Source: Escherichia coli
GTDB taxonomy: Bacteria; Pseudomonadota; Gammaproteobacteria; Enterobacterales; Enterobacteriaceae
Strand: one strand, 5' to 3'
Assembly (NCBI RefSeq): GCF_040763135.1
Contig: NZ_CP144885.1
DNA: 32,000 bases
A program made the translations under genes and the position numbers. How positions within the stretch are numbered: the first letter of the stretch is position 1; each line of letters opens with the position of its first letter. Below are positions 13,910 to 23,523 of this stretch, one piece after another. Under the pieces are notes generated by a model. It saw only the letters and a list, made by a program, of their open reading frames with translations, ran no database searches and was not told the origin of the DNA.

Positions 13910-13938
13910 GATGCAATCGGTTACGCTCTGTATAATGC
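13910..13938 (+). promoter_or_regulatory. guaBA promoter with PurR-box-like sequence
   Basis: gatgcaatcggttacg resembles the purine repressor operator; consensus -10 TATAAT at 13933-13938; guaB ATG at 13980. Confidence 0.6.
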
Positions 13939-13979
13939 CGCGGCAATATTTATTAACCACTCTGGTCGAGATATTGCCC

Positions 13980-15446
13980 ATGCTACGTATCGCTAAAGAA
14001 GCTCTGACGTTTGACGACGTTCTCCTCGTTCCTGCTCATTCTACCGTTCTGCCGAATACTGCTGACCTCAGCACCCAGCTGACGAAAACTATTCGTCTGA
14101 ATATCCCTATGCTTTCCGCAGCAATGGATACCGTAACGGAAGCGCGCCTGGCTATTGCTCTGGCTCAGGAAGGCGGTATCGGCTTTATCCACAAAAATAT
14201 GTCCATTGAACGCCAGGCGGAAGAAGTTCGCCGTGTGAAAAAACACGAATCTGGCGTGGTGACTGACCCGCAGACTGTTCTGCCAACCACGACGCTGCGC
14301 GAAGTGAAAGAACTGACCGAGCGTAACGGCTTTGCGGGCTACCCGGTCGTTACCGAAGAAAACGAACTGGTGGGTATTATCACCGGTCGTGACGTACGTT
14401 TTGTTACCGACCTGAGCCAGCCGGTTAGCGTTTACATGACGCCGAAAGAACGTCTGGTCACCGTGCGTGAAGGTGAAGCCCGTGAAGTTGTGCTGGCAAA
14501 AATGCACGAAAAACGCGTTGAAAAAGCGCTGGTGGTTGATGACGAATTCCACCTGATCGGCATGATCACCGTGAAAGACTTCCAGAAAGCGGAACGTAAA
14601 CCGAACGCCTGTAAAGACGAGCAAGGCCGTCTGCGTGTTGGTGCAGCGGTTGGCGCGGGTGCGGGTAACGAAGAGCGTGTTGACGCGCTGGTTGCCGCAG
14701 GCGTTGACGTTCTGCTGATCGACTCCTCTCACGGTCACTCAGAAGGTGTACTGCAACGTATCCGTGAAACCCGTGCTAAATATCCGGATCTGCAAATCAT
14801 CGGCGGCAACGTGGCAACAGCTGCAGGTGCACGCGCTCTGGCAGAAGCTGGTTGCAGTGCGGTTAAAGTCGGCATTGGCCCTGGCTCTATCTGTACGACT
14901 CGTATCGTGACTGGCGTAGGTGTTCCGCAGATCACCGCCGTTGCTGACGCCGTAGAAGCCCTGGAAGGCACCGGTATTCCGGTTATCGCTGACGGTGGTA
15001 TCCGTTTCTCAGGCGATATCGCCAAAGCTATCGCCGCAGGTGCAAGCGCGGTAATGGTGGGTTCCATGCTGGCGGGTACTGAAGAATCTCCGGGTGAAAT
15101 CGAACTCTACCAGGGCCGTTCTTACAAATCTTACCGTGGGATGGGCTCTCTGGGTGCGATGTCCAAAGGTTCTTCTGACCGTTACTTCCAGAGTGACAAC
15201 GCTGCCGACAAACTGGTGCCGGAAGGTATCGAAGGTCGCGTGGCCTATAAAGGTCGCCTGAAAGAGATCATTCACCAGCAGATGGGCGGCCTGCGCTCCT
15301 GTATGGGCCTGACCGGCTGTGGTACTATCGACGAACTGCGTACTAAAGCGGAGTTTGTACGTATCAGCGGTGCGGGCATTCAGGAAAGCCACGTTCACGA
15401 CGTGACCATTACTAAAGAGTCCCCGAACTACCGTCTGGGCTCCTGA
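13980..15446 (+). CDS. guaB: IMP dehydrogenase
   Basis: 488 aa from [25 protein letters not shown]; active-site region [20 protein letters not shown]; CBS domains. The upstream extension in the supplied ORF is unlikely to be translated. Confidence 0.98.
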   Translation: MLRIAKEALTFDDVLLVPAHSTVLPNTADLSTQLTKTIRLNIPMLSAAMDTVTEARLAIALAQEGGIGFIHKNMSIERQAEEVRRVKKHESGVVTDPQTVLPTTTLREVKELTERNGFAGYPVVTEENELVGIITGRDVRFVTDLSQPVSVYMTPKERLVTVREGEAREVVLAKMHEKRVEKALVVDDEFHLIGMITVKDFQKAERKPNACKDEQGRLRVGAAVGAGAGNEERVDALVAAGVDVLLIDSSHGHSEGVLQRIRETRAKYPDLQIIGGNVATAAGARALAEAGCSAVKVGIGPGSICTTRIVTGVGVPQITAVADAVEALEGTGIPVIADGGIRFSGDIAKAIAAGASAVMVGSMLAGTEESPGEIELYQGRSYKSYRGMGSLGAMSKGSSDRYFQSDNAADKLVPEGIEGRVAYKGRLKEIIHQQMGGLRSCMGLTGCGTIDELRTKAEFVRISGAGIQESHVHDVTITKESPNYRLGS

Positions 15447-15514
15447 TTCTCTTCGCCCGACTTCATGTCGGGCGATTTATATTATCTGTTTCACTTGCCT
15501 CGGAATAAGCGTCA

Positions 15515-17092
15515 ATGACGGAAAACATTCATAAGCATCGCATCCTCATTCTGGACTTCGGTTCTCAGTACACTCAACTGGTTGCGCGCCGCGTGCGTGA
15601 ACTGGGTGTTTACTGCGAACTGTGGGCGTGGGATGTGACAGAAGCACAAATTCGTGACTTCAACCCAAGCGGCATTATTCTTTCCGGCGGCCCGGAAAGC
15701 ACCACCGAAGAAAACAGCCCGCGCGCGCCGCAGTATGTCTTTGAAGCAGGCGTACCGGTATTCGGCGTTTGCTATGGCATGCAGACCATGGCAATGCAGT
15801 TGGGCGGTCACGTTGAAGCCTCTAACGAACGTGAATTTGGCTACGCGCAGGTTGAAGTCGTAAACGACAGCGCACTGGTTCGCGGTATCGAAGATGCGCT
15901 GACCGCAGACGGTAAACCGCTGCTCGATGTCTGGATGAGCCACGGCGATAAAGTTACCGCTATCCCGTCCGACTTCGTCACCGTAGCCAGCACCGAAAGC
16001 TGCCCGTTTGCCATTATGGCTAACGAAGAAAAACGCTTCTATGGCGTACAGTTCCACCCGGAAGTGACTCACACCCGCCAGGGTATGCGCATGCTGGAGC
16101 GTTTTGTGCGTGATATCTGCCAGTGTGAAGCCCTGTGGACGCCAGCGAAAATTATCGACGACGCCGTAGCTCGCATCCGCGAGCAGGTAGGCGACGATAA
16201 AGTCATCCTCGGCCTCTCTGGTGGTGTGGATTCCTCCGTAACCGCAATGCTGCTGCACCGCGCTATCGGTAAAAACCTGACTTGCGTATTCGTCGACAAC
16301 GGCCTGCTGCGTCTCAACGAAGCAGAGCAGGTTCTGGATATGTTTGGCGATCACTTTGGTCTGAACATTGTTCACGTTCCGGCAGAAGCTCGCTTCCTGT
16401 CAGCGTTGGCCGGCGAAAACGATCCGGAAGCAAAACGTAAAATCATCGGGCGCGTTTTCGTTGAAGTATTCGATGAAGAAGCACTGAAACTGGAAGACGT
16501 GAAGTGGCTGGCGCAGGGCACTATCTACCCTGACGTTATTGAATCTGCCGCATCTGCAACCGGTAAAGCACACGTCATCAAATCTCACCACAACGTGGGC
16601 GGCCTGCCGAAAGAGATGAAGATGGGGCTGGTTGAACCGCTGAAAGAGCTGTTCAAAGACGAAGTGCGTAAGATTGGTCTGGAGCTGGGCCTGCCGTACG
16701 ACATGCTGTACCGTCACCCGTTCCCGGGACCAGGCCTCGGCGTTCGTGTACTGGGCGAAGTGAAGAAAGAGTACTGCGACCTGCTGCGCCGTGCTGACGC
16801 CATCTTTATTGAAGAACTGCGTAAAGCGGACCTGTACGACAAAGTCAGCCAGGCGTTCACCGTCTTCCTGCCGGTACGTTCCGTTGGTGTAATGGGCGAT
16901 GGTCGTAAGTATGACTGGGTTGTTTCTCTGCGTGCTGTCGAAACCATCGACTTTATGACCGCACACTGGGCGCACCTGCCGTATGACTTCCTCGGTCGCG
17001 TTTCCAACCGCATTATCAATGAAGTGAACGGTATTTCCCGCGTGGTGTATGACATCAGCGGCAAGCCACCAGCGACTATTGAGTGGGAGTGA
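15515..17092 (+). CDS. guaA: GMP synthase (glutamine-hydrolysing)
   Basis: 525 aa; [10 protein letters not shown] class I glutamine amidotransferase motif, [13 protein letters not shown]-loop, C-terminal [11 protein letters not shown]. Confidence 0.98.
   Translation: MTENIHKHRILILDFGSQYTQLVARRVRELGVYCELWAWDVTEAQIRDFNPSGIILSGGPESTTEENSPRAPQYVFEAGVPVFGVCYGMQTMAMQLGGHVEASNEREFGYAQVEVVNDSALVRGIEDALTADGKPLLDVWMSHGDKVTAIPSDFVTVASTESCPFAIMANEEKRFYGVQFHPEVTHTRQGMRMLERFVRDICQCEALWTPAKIIDDAVARIREQVGDDKVILGLSGGVDSSVTAMLLHRAIGKNLTCVFVDNGLLRLNEAEQVLDMFGDHFGLNIVHVPAEARFLSALAGENDPEAKRKIIGRVFVEVFDEEALKLEDVKWLAQGTIYPDVIESAASATGKAHVIKSHHNVGGLPKEMKMGLVEPLKELFKDEVRKIGLELGLPYDMLYRHPFPGPGLGVRVLGEVKKEYCDLLRRADAIFIEELRKADLYDKVSQAFTVFLPVRSVGVMGDGRKYDWVVSLRAVETIDFMTAHWAHLPYDFLGRVSNRIINEVNGISRVVYDISGKPPATIEWE
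17081..17092 (+). mobile_element. attL-like site at the guaA 3' end
   Basis: GAGTGGGAGTGA (last codons and stop of guaA), near-identical to GAGTGGGAATGA at 30673-30684. Confidence 0.8.
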
Positions 17093-17400
17093 TCCCGCGT
17101 CCGGCACAGACTGGCACCAAGAAGCATTAAAACACCCCTAAGTCCGCGTAATTGCGGGCTTTTTTCGTTCTTGGCGTAGCACTGTCTGGCAAATTTTCGC
17201 ATCGCCAAGCACACCGTTTCTATGGCATGGTAGATGGTACGATTTGAACCTGATGCCATGTTCGGCACTCGATACCATGCCGCCTCTGATGGGGTGTTCA
17301 TGGTATCGAATTTAGGTAACGCATTGTCCTTAAAGAAGTTTTTTGAGGATTTGTGGGGCTTTTTGAGCATGGTATTTTTGAGAGGAAACCCAACCCGACC

Positions 17401-18609
17401 ATGCTGACTGATACCAAGCTGCGCAACCTCAAGCCAAAGGACAAGCTCTACAAAGTGAATGACCGTGACGGCCTCTACGTGGCCATCACCCCTGCGGGTT
17501 CGATTTCGTTCCGCTACAACTACTCGATCCACGGCAGGCAAGAGACCATCACCTTCGGCCGCTATGGTGTCGGAGGGATCACGCTAGCGGAAGCTCGCGA
17601 ACGGCTGGGCGAAGCCAAGAAGATGATCGCCGCAGGGAAATCTCCAGCCAAGGAGAAAGCGCGGGACAAAGCCCGCATCAAGGATGCTGAGACATTCGGC
17701 GCGTGGGCCGAGAAGTGGTTGCGCGGCTATCAAATGGCAGATTCCACCCGCGACATGCGCCGTGGAACATACGAGCGAGAGCTAAAGCCGAAATTCAGCA
17801 ACAGGAAACTGATAGAAATTACCCACGAGGACTTGCGGGCGCTGACTGATGCCATCGTGGAACAAGGCAGGCCATCAACGGCCGTGCTTTGCCGCGAAAT
17901 TATGATGCAGGTCTTCCGCTGGGCTATCGAACGCGGACAGAAGGTTGAGAACCCGGCCGATTTGGTGCGCCCGTCAACTATCGCCAAGTTTGAGCCGCGA
18001 GATCGAGCACTGACGCCCGAGGAAATTGGCTTGATGTACCAGTACATGGAGCGTATCGGCACCACACCTTCAATTCGAGCGGCTGCCAAGCTGCTGTTGC
18101 TAACGATGGTTCGCAAAAGCGAACTGACCAACGCAACGTGGAACGAAATCAATTTCACCGACGCGCTCTGGACAATCCCCAAGGAGCGGATGAAGCGCCG
18201 CAATCCCCATTTGGTGTTCCTGTCGAGGCAGGCGCTGGATATTTTCATCGCGCTGAAGACCTTCGCCGGCGGTTCGGAATACATTCTGCCATCACGTTAT
18301 GACTCAGACTTGCCGATGAGCAGCGCAACGCTCAATCAGGTGCTTACCCTTACCTATCGGCTGGCCCAGAAGGAAGGGCAGTCACTTGGCAAGTTTGGAC
18401 CGCACGACTTGCGGCGCACAGCCAGCACGCTGTTGCATGAGGCGGGCTATAACACCGACTGGATCGAGAAGTGCCTTGCGCACGAACAGAAGGGCGTTCG
18501 TGCCATCTACAACAAGGCCGAGTACCGCGATCAGCGCCGGGCGATGCTCCAAGATTGGGCCGACATGATCGACGAGTGGACAATCAGGAAGACCCGCCTC
18601 AAGGACTGA
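17401..18609 (+). CDS. int: Tyrosine-type site-specific integrase (DUF4102 / P4-like arm-binding N-terminus)
   Basis: MLTDTKLRNLKPKDKLYKVNDRDGLYVAITPAGSISFRYNY... ; GKFGPHDLRRTASTLLHEAGY (HxLRR), CLAHEQKGVRAIYNKAEY. ATG at 17401 preferred over upstream 17353. Confidence 0.93.
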   Translation: MLTDTKLRNLKPKDKLYKVNDRDGLYVAITPAGSISFRYNYSIHGRQETITFGRYGVGGITLAEARERLGEAKKMIAAGKSPAKEKARDKARIKDAETFGAWAEKWLRGYQMADSTRDMRRGTYERELKPKFSNRKLIEITHEDLRALTDAIVEQGRPSTAVLCREIMMQVFRWAIERGQKVENPADLVRPSTIAKFEPRDRALTPEEIGLMYQYMERIGTTPSIRAAAKLLLLTMVRKSELTNATWNEINFTDALWTIPKERMKRRNPHLVFLSRQALDIFIALKTFAGGSEYILPSRYDSDLPMSSATLNQVLTLTYRLAQKEGQSLGKFGPHDLRRTASTLLHEAGYNTDWIEKCLAHEQKGVRAIYNKAEYRDQRRAMLQDWADMIDEWTIRKTRLKD

Positions 18610-18639
18610 TTCGGAGCCTAGAGACCTGCATTCTGTAGC

Positions 18640-18668
18640 GAAATGCCCACTTCGGTGGGCTTTTTTTT
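18640..18668 (+). terminator. Rho-independent terminator after int
   Basis: GCCCACTTCGGTGGGC followed by a run of eight or more T. Confidence 0.85.
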
Positions 18669-18892
18669 GTCCGAAAAACGATGAATTTCCGGACGCGATA
18701 AATTGGGTTTAAGTGCCTATTGCAAACCTAATTAAAACAGCGGTTTGCGTTATCAAGATTGTCCGCCAAACGTTGAATTTACGGACACTAAGTGATTGAT
18801 TTAATTGAAAAATATGATCGTAGATGCTGGAATTTTCCGGAATTGTGTAGCAATAATTAAACCTCGGATGATGACAAAACGAGGTATTCGGT

Positions 18893-19123
18893 GTGGAAAA
18901 AGAATTAAGGAGAGCAAGTAAAGTTCTCATTAGCAAAAAGCAGCTGCTGGAGATGATTCCGCTGTGCGAGCGCACGATCTACAACTTTGAAAAGCAGGGG
19001 AAATTTCCTCAGCGCATTGCGCTCAGTAGCCGCAAGGTCGTGTGGGATTTGGCGGAGGTCGAGGCATGGATTGATGCGTGCAAACATTCCAGCCCGGCCC
19101 CTCGTCCCGGAATGGGGGCCTGA
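18893..19123 (+). CDS. AlpA-family small DNA-binding regulator / possible excisionase
   Basis: 76 aa; VLISKKQLLEMIPLCERTIYNFEKQGKFPQRIALSSRKVVWDLAEVEAWIDA, winged-HTH AlpA signature; GTG start. Confidence 0.85.
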   Translation: MEKELRRASKVLISKKQLLEMIPLCERTIYNFEKQGKFPQRIALSSRKVVWDLAEVEAWIDACKHSSPAPRPGMGA

Positions 19124-19203
19124 ATTGTGGCGGCCAACTTGCAGGCGACATTTACGAGTAGACCGCTTGTACTGGGCTTAATACAGCTCCGGTTGGGCCG
19201 TGC

Positions 19204-20262
19204 ATGAGTAGCCGAAACAGCGGTCTTAAGCCCATAGGCGCGGTAATAGGCGACTCTGGCGGGCTACTGGAACGCCTTGAAAATATCAGGAAGCGGAACA
19301 GTGACCGAACTCCGGCTGCTGAACGCGGTAGACCGTCTAACGTCTCGACCGTGCATGAACAGATGGAAAGGGCAAAAGAGCGGGACAAAGCGTTGTCACT
19401 TGTCCGCAAGCCTCCACAAGGCGACGCTCAGCCAGATTTTTTTGCGCCCAGCCTTTATGACGTGGGCGGCCGCGACAATCGCAGCGTCATGGATGTGGCC
19501 GTGTTCCGTTTATCCAAGAAGGACAAGCGAGCCGGAGAACTGATCCGCTACGACCTGCCGGATGGATACGTGGAAGTGTCCGCAGGAGCGCACGGAATGG
19601 CCTCCATTTGGGACTACGACATTGTGCTGATGATGGTGTCTCACTTGACCGAAGCTATGAACCGCTATCGAGAAGGAAAGGGTGGCAAGCCGGGGAGAGT
19701 GTTTCGGCTGCATGTTAGCGACATCCTCAGATTTGCCCGACGTGGTAACGGTAGTAGTCAGGTTAAGGGAGTGGAAGCCGCGCTAGATCGGTTGCGAGGT
19801 ACTACCATCAAGACAGTGCGCGAAAGCGGCAAGTTCCGGACAACCGAAGCCGAGGGGCTGATCGCGCGCTATCGTGTTCTGTCACGCACGGACACCAAGA
19901 AGATAAGTTCTGTCGAGATTGAAGCCCCGGAGTGGATTTATCGAGAAGTCACCGAGGGCAAGCGGCCGGAGGTACTTACAGTACACCGGGACTACTTTCT
20001 GATCGAGCCGGGCATAGGACGCTTTATCTACCGACTGGCTCGCCGTGCCGCAGGCAGGGATAGCGCTAAATGGGCTTTCAAGACCCTTTACGAACGCAGT
20101 GGAAGCGGTGGCTCGTTCAAAAAATTCTGTTTCTTCCTTCGCGGGATCATCAAAGCCGATGACCTGCCTGAATATGCCTTGTGCGAAGAAGCGGGGAAGG
20201 ATGGCCCTCTACTGGTCATGAGGCACCGCAATTCCTCGTCGGAACCGCTGGGCGGTTCCTAA
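19204..20262 (+). CDS. repA: Replication initiator protein A (RepA, plasmid-type)
   Basis: 352 aa; ...FFAPSLYDVGGRDNRSVMDVAVFRLSKKDKR...ISSVEIEAPEWIYREV...VHRDYFLIEPGIGRFIYRLARRAAG...; followed by iterons. Confidence 0.85.
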   Translation: MSSRNSGLKPIGAVIGDSGGLLERLENIRKRNSDRTPAAERGRPSNVSTVHEQMERAKERDKALSLVRKPPQGDAQPDFFAPSLYDVGGRDNRSVMDVAVFRLSKKDKRAGELIRYDLPDGYVEVSAGAHGMASIWDYDIVLMMVSHLTEAMNRYREGKGGKPGRVFRLHVSDILRFARRGNGSSQVKGVEAALDRLRGTTIKTVRESGKFRTTEAEGLIARYRVLSRTDTKKISSVEIEAPEWIYREVTEGKRPEVLTVHRDYFLIEPGIGRFIYRLARRAAGRDSAKWAFKTLYERSGSGGSFKKFCFFLRGIIKADDLPEYALCEEAGKDGPLLVMRHRNSSSEPLGGS

Positions 20263-20269
20263 TAGACGG
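20253..20269 (-). repeat. Inverted copy of the iteron overlapping the repA stop codon
   Basis: cggttcctaatagacgg is the exact reverse complement of ccgtctattaggaaccg; the repA TAA is at 20260-20262. Confidence 0.9.
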
Positions 20270-20284
20270 TGAGTGAGATCGCAA

Positions 20285-20310
20285 AAGAGCCCCGTTGCGG
20301 GCTTTTTTCA
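20285..20310 (+). terminator. Terminator after repA
   Basis: AGCCCCGTTGCGGGCT followed by a T tract. Confidence 0.75.
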
Positions 20311-20370
20311 TTTTGATTGACGGACAGTTGGCGGACAAAGTGGGAACAACCCGCCACGCTGTGGATAGAG

Positions 20371-20449
20371 TGTCTATTAGGAACCTGAAACCGTCTATTA
20401 GGAACCGTTTCGCCGTCTATTAGGAACCGGTATCCGTCTATTAGGAACC
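20371..20449 (+). repeat. Four direct iterons (YGTCTATTAGGAACC), 21-22 bp period; putative oriV core
   Basis: Copies at 20371-20385, 20392-20406, 20414-20428, 20435-20449, followed by an AT-rich tract (20460-20540) and flanked by DnaA-box-like sequences. Confidence 0.88.
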
Positions 20450-21363
20450 GGGCGCGCGCGTAATCAATTGAATTAAAAGATTAAATTTCCTTCTTTTTAC
20501 GCTAAATCTTTTAAAACTATATATAAAACTGTTTAAAACCCTTTTGCCTGTGCATAAGTCGATGGCCCCCATCCGTTAGTTCGGAACTCCTATTCGTGCG
20601 AAATCGCGCCACGATCCAAAAGCGTGGCCCCTTGCGGGGTTCCCACCGCTTCGCGGCAGCTCCCCTCCCTCATGAAAGGCGTTCGCTCCGCCCCAAGGCG
20701 CTGGCCGAGCTTGCTGCCGTGGGTTGGAGGCTGGACGAGTACGCTAAGGGCAAAGGAGAAACGGGCGACCCAAGGCATCCGACCGTAACGCCGCTCCCCC
20801 CCTGTTTAACGGCACCCCACCCCCTGTTTAACGGCGCCCGGCCGGTTTCTGAAAACCCAGCAACGGCGGGCGTTTGCGGGCCGTTCGCAAATTCCATCTA
20901 AGATTCTCTAAGAATCTCCAGCATGCGCGCTAAGTGCCGCGCCTTGATGGCGCAGCTCCTAGCTTGCTGCTCTTGGTCGGCCTACGGCCGTTGGGCACCA
21001 AGAAAGGTAGGGCGAGCCTGCCGTCGCCGACGCGGCTAGTTCCGTGGATTACCCACCGGTCGCAGCACCTGGTCGAGCCGTTGAAACCGGCAAAAAGACG
21101 ATCAGGCACCAAAAAGGGAAGGGCAGGGCCAAAATCGACATAAGGCCTCTTACGGCCTGCGAAAGCGTCCAAAATCCCTCCTGTATGGGTCGTGGCGGCG
21201 TTTTTTCAGTGTCGGAATGTTTTGTTGTGACTGTCATGTGTGAAAACTTCTCACAGAGCGATACAGGCCGTTTTTGCGGTGTGTAATAGACGGAGATGCT
21301 GCGGCAGGAAAACAAAACCCCGCACTCAGGCGGGGTTGTGGGTGATGGAACTGGCTGTGCGCG

Positions 21364-21690
21364 TCAGCGATTGATGACCCTGCGTCGCTGCCGTTCTTCC
21401 TCTTCCATCTGAAGGATGGCCATTCTCACACGCTCTACCAATACCACCTGATTCTTGCTGCCGAAAAGTGGCATGCGATTAAGCATACCCATGCCGCCGT
21501 AGAAATGCGCAGCGGCAGGCAGAGCCAATCGGTTCACCCGATGCTGTAGTGCCGTGTACTGCTTATCCAGTGCATCGAGCTGCGGGCCAAAGCCTTTGCG
21601 TCGGAGCCATTGGCCAAGCGCCCACATACCAATACCGAGAACAAAAAAGCCGCCGAGCATCATCAGGCCAAAAAATACATCGTTCATCAT
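21364..21690 (-). CDS. Small membrane protein downstream of trbL, unknown function
   Basis: 108 aa; N-terminal hydrophobic helix MMNDVFFGLMMLGGFFVLGIGMWALGQWLRRKG; tightly spaced after trbL. Confidence 0.7.
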   Translation of the reverse strand: MMNDVFFGLMMLGGFFVLGIGMWALGQWLRRKGFGPQLDALDKQYTALQHRVNRLALPAAAHFYGGMGMLNRMPLFGSKNQVVLVERVRMAILQMEEEERQRRRVINR

Positions 21691-21692
21691 GA

Positions 21693-23336
21693 TTACGCCT
21701 CCGATTGAGAGTTAACGCCAGAATCCATGCCGGGCACATTGAGCGCGCCGACATTTCCGGTCCTAGCTGTGTCCGATGTCGGACGAATAATGTTGGATTC
21801 CGCTTGTGTAGTCGGCTCTGCGCCGTCGTCAGGCGTTGGACTGTCGCCGCCGGGGACGGGAGGGGGAGACCCGGTGCCCCCGAGCGAAAGCCCGTGGGAG
21901 CTTTCCATACCGGGTACGCTGATAGCGCCCAGCACGCCAAGCGCCCGTGTGGCCACCTCGGCGCCCTGCGCAACAACCTTGCCGTTGCCGCCGGTCCCTT
22001 CTTTTGGTGTCATCTGCCGTTGCTGAGCGACGGCCTGCTGATCCGTATCGTCGTCACCGCCCTTGGCCGCTCTTCCGGCCTGTTTGGCGGCTTGTTTCAA
22101 GCCGCTGCCTGCCTCTTGGCTAGCTGGCGAAGCGGCCGCCGACACTGGATTCGCCGATCCTGACGCGGCACCACCCCCGACGCGAGAACCTGCGGCCTTT
22201 GCGGCCGCACCGCTGCCCCCTCCTGTGCTTGCGCCAATTCCAGCGCTGCTGACGCCCGTCGCACCACCGATGCCCCCTGCGGTACTGCCGCCTGCCATGC
22301 TGGCGTTCAGTGCGGAGGCCAGTCCACCACCCGCGGCACTGGCAGCGCCTCCGCCAGTTCCTGCGGCCCCTAGTGCTCCTGCGGCCGGGGCTGCTGCCCC
22401 TGCTGTTGCAACAGTAGCGACTGCGGCCGCCGCACCGGCTGCACCGGCTGCGGCCATGCCCCCAATTGCAGAGCCGCCGCCCATCGACGTGCCGCTAATC
22501 ATGCCACCGATCAGTTCAGGGATGGTTTTGGTCAGGTAGGCGCACACCAAAGACAGGCCGACCAAGGTCATCAACGACGCTTCGTCGTTGGTGTAGGCTG
22601 CCGACCATTCTGCGGAAACCTGCATGATCAGACCCACAATCAGAGTCAGGACAAACAGCTTGGCACCTACCGCAACGGCATAGCGAATGGGAGCCAGTGC
22701 ATATTCGCGTGTCCATTGAGAGCCACCGAAACCCATAAACAGGACGGCGGCATTGATGATGACGTAGGCCTCTACCAGCGTCACGAACACCAGAGCCGCT
22801 ATAAACGTAAAACACATCAGGACGATCAATGCAGATACGGCCACCACAACCGATGTGATTGGGCTGAACATCGAAACACCGGCCGTCAGCACCTGCCGTG
22901 AAAAGTCCACAGCAGTTGAGAACATATCCCCCGGCATCAGCTCCGCACTACCCAACCCTGCCGCGTGCGCCCCGGCCTGCCGGAAGCTGTTGATGATGGC
23001 CCCGCCCCACTCGGTCGCGTGATCGAGCATCGCATAGAAGAACCCTATCACGAGGATGAATTTCACCAGTTCATGGAGGATGTCGCCCAGTTCAGCCCCG
23101 CGCATGACCAAAGGAGCAAAAGTCCAAACTAACTGGATGACGGCAAGGCATCCCAAGAGCCACAAGGCGTAATCATGCAGGCGCGGTGCCCATTGGTTTG
23201 AAGCGTTCTGAATCAGCCGCAGAAGGCTGTTCATAGACGTGTTGCTCTGCGCCAAATCGACCCCGGCAGCCATCGCACTAGTTGCGGATAGCAAGAGCAC
23301 CGCGCCGACAAGTGCGTAAACGGTTGAACGTCGCAT
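21693..23336 (-). CDS. trbL: P-type conjugative transfer protein TrbL (VirB6-like)
   Basis: 547 aa; polytopic N-terminus, GGSQWTREYALAPIRYAVAVGAKLFVLTLIVGL, Ala/Gly-rich C-terminal tail. Confidence 0.88.
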   Translation of the reverse strand: MRRSTVYALVGAVLLLSATSAMAAGVDLAQSNTSMNSLLRLIQNASNQWAPRLHDYALWLLGCLAVIQLVWTFAPLVMRGAELGDILHELVKFILVIGFFYAMLDHATEWGGAIINSFRQAGAHAAGLGSAELMPGDMFSTAVDFSRQVLTAGVSMFSPITSVVVAVSALIVLMCFTFIAALVFVTLVEAYVIINAAVLFMGFGGSQWTREYALAPIRYAVAVGAKLFVLTLIVGLIMQVSAEWSAAYTNDEASLMTLVGLSLVCAYLTKTIPELIGGMISGTSMGGGSAIGGMAAAGAAGAAAAVATVATAGAAAPAAGALGAAGTGGGAASAAGGGLASALNASMAGGSTAGGIGGATGVSSAGIGASTGGGSGAAAKAAGSRVGGGAASGSANPVSAAASPASQEAGSGLKQAAKQAGRAAKGGDDDTDQQAVAQQRQMTPKEGTGGNGKVVAQGAEVATRALGVLGAISVPGMESSHGLSLGGTGSPPPVPGGDSPTPDDGAEPTTQAESNIIRPTSDTARTGNVGALNVPGMDSGVNSQSEA

Positions 23337-23338
23337 AG

Positions 23339-23521
23339 TCAGAACCCCTCAGACGGGCCGCGAGTGTTTGGGCGGCTGCGGAATTGGTCATCCTGATGGA
23401 CATTGCCGACCGCTGCGCATTCCGGCGCGGCGGCGTTCGTGACGACCACGGCCGTCAGTGCCGACCCACCAAGGGCCGAGACGAGACAGAGGGCGGCAAT
23501 CAGCGCCTTAGAAATCATCAT
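23339..23521 (-). CDS. Short secreted/membrane peptide in the TrbK (entry exclusion) position
   Basis: 60 aa; MMISKALIAALCLVSALGGSALTAVVVTNAAAPECAA..., between trbJ and trbL. Confidence 0.65.
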   Translation of the reverse strand: MMISKALIAALCLVSALGGSALTAVVVTNAAAPECAAVGNVHQDDQFRSRPNTRGPSEGF

Positions 23522-23523
23522 GG

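Noticed and set aside
15512-16375. 287-aa minus-strand ORF opposite guaA, plus 13983..14738 opposite guaB
   Set aside because: They overlap highly conserved housekeeping genes in full; long antisense ORFs arise from codon bias.
17353-17400. Upstream start of the integrase ORF (MGLFEHGIFERKPNPT...)
   Set aside because: The MLTDTKLRNLKPKDKLYKV start at 17401 matches the usual beginning of this integrase family.
20371-20449. Four evenly spaced repeats as a possible CRISPR array
   Set aside because: Repeat unit is ~15 bp with only 6-7 bp spacers, adjacent to repA and AT-rich DNA; this is an iteron array.
20596-20901. 101-aa plus and 75-aa minus ORFs in the region after the origin
   Set aside because: Overlapping low-complexity ORFs in high-GC DNA without recognisable family or clear RBS; region more likely regulatory.
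22063-22539. Plus-strand 158-aa Ala/Pro-rich ORF within trbL
   Set aside because: Low-complexity complement of the Ala/Gly-rich TrbL tail; no family features.
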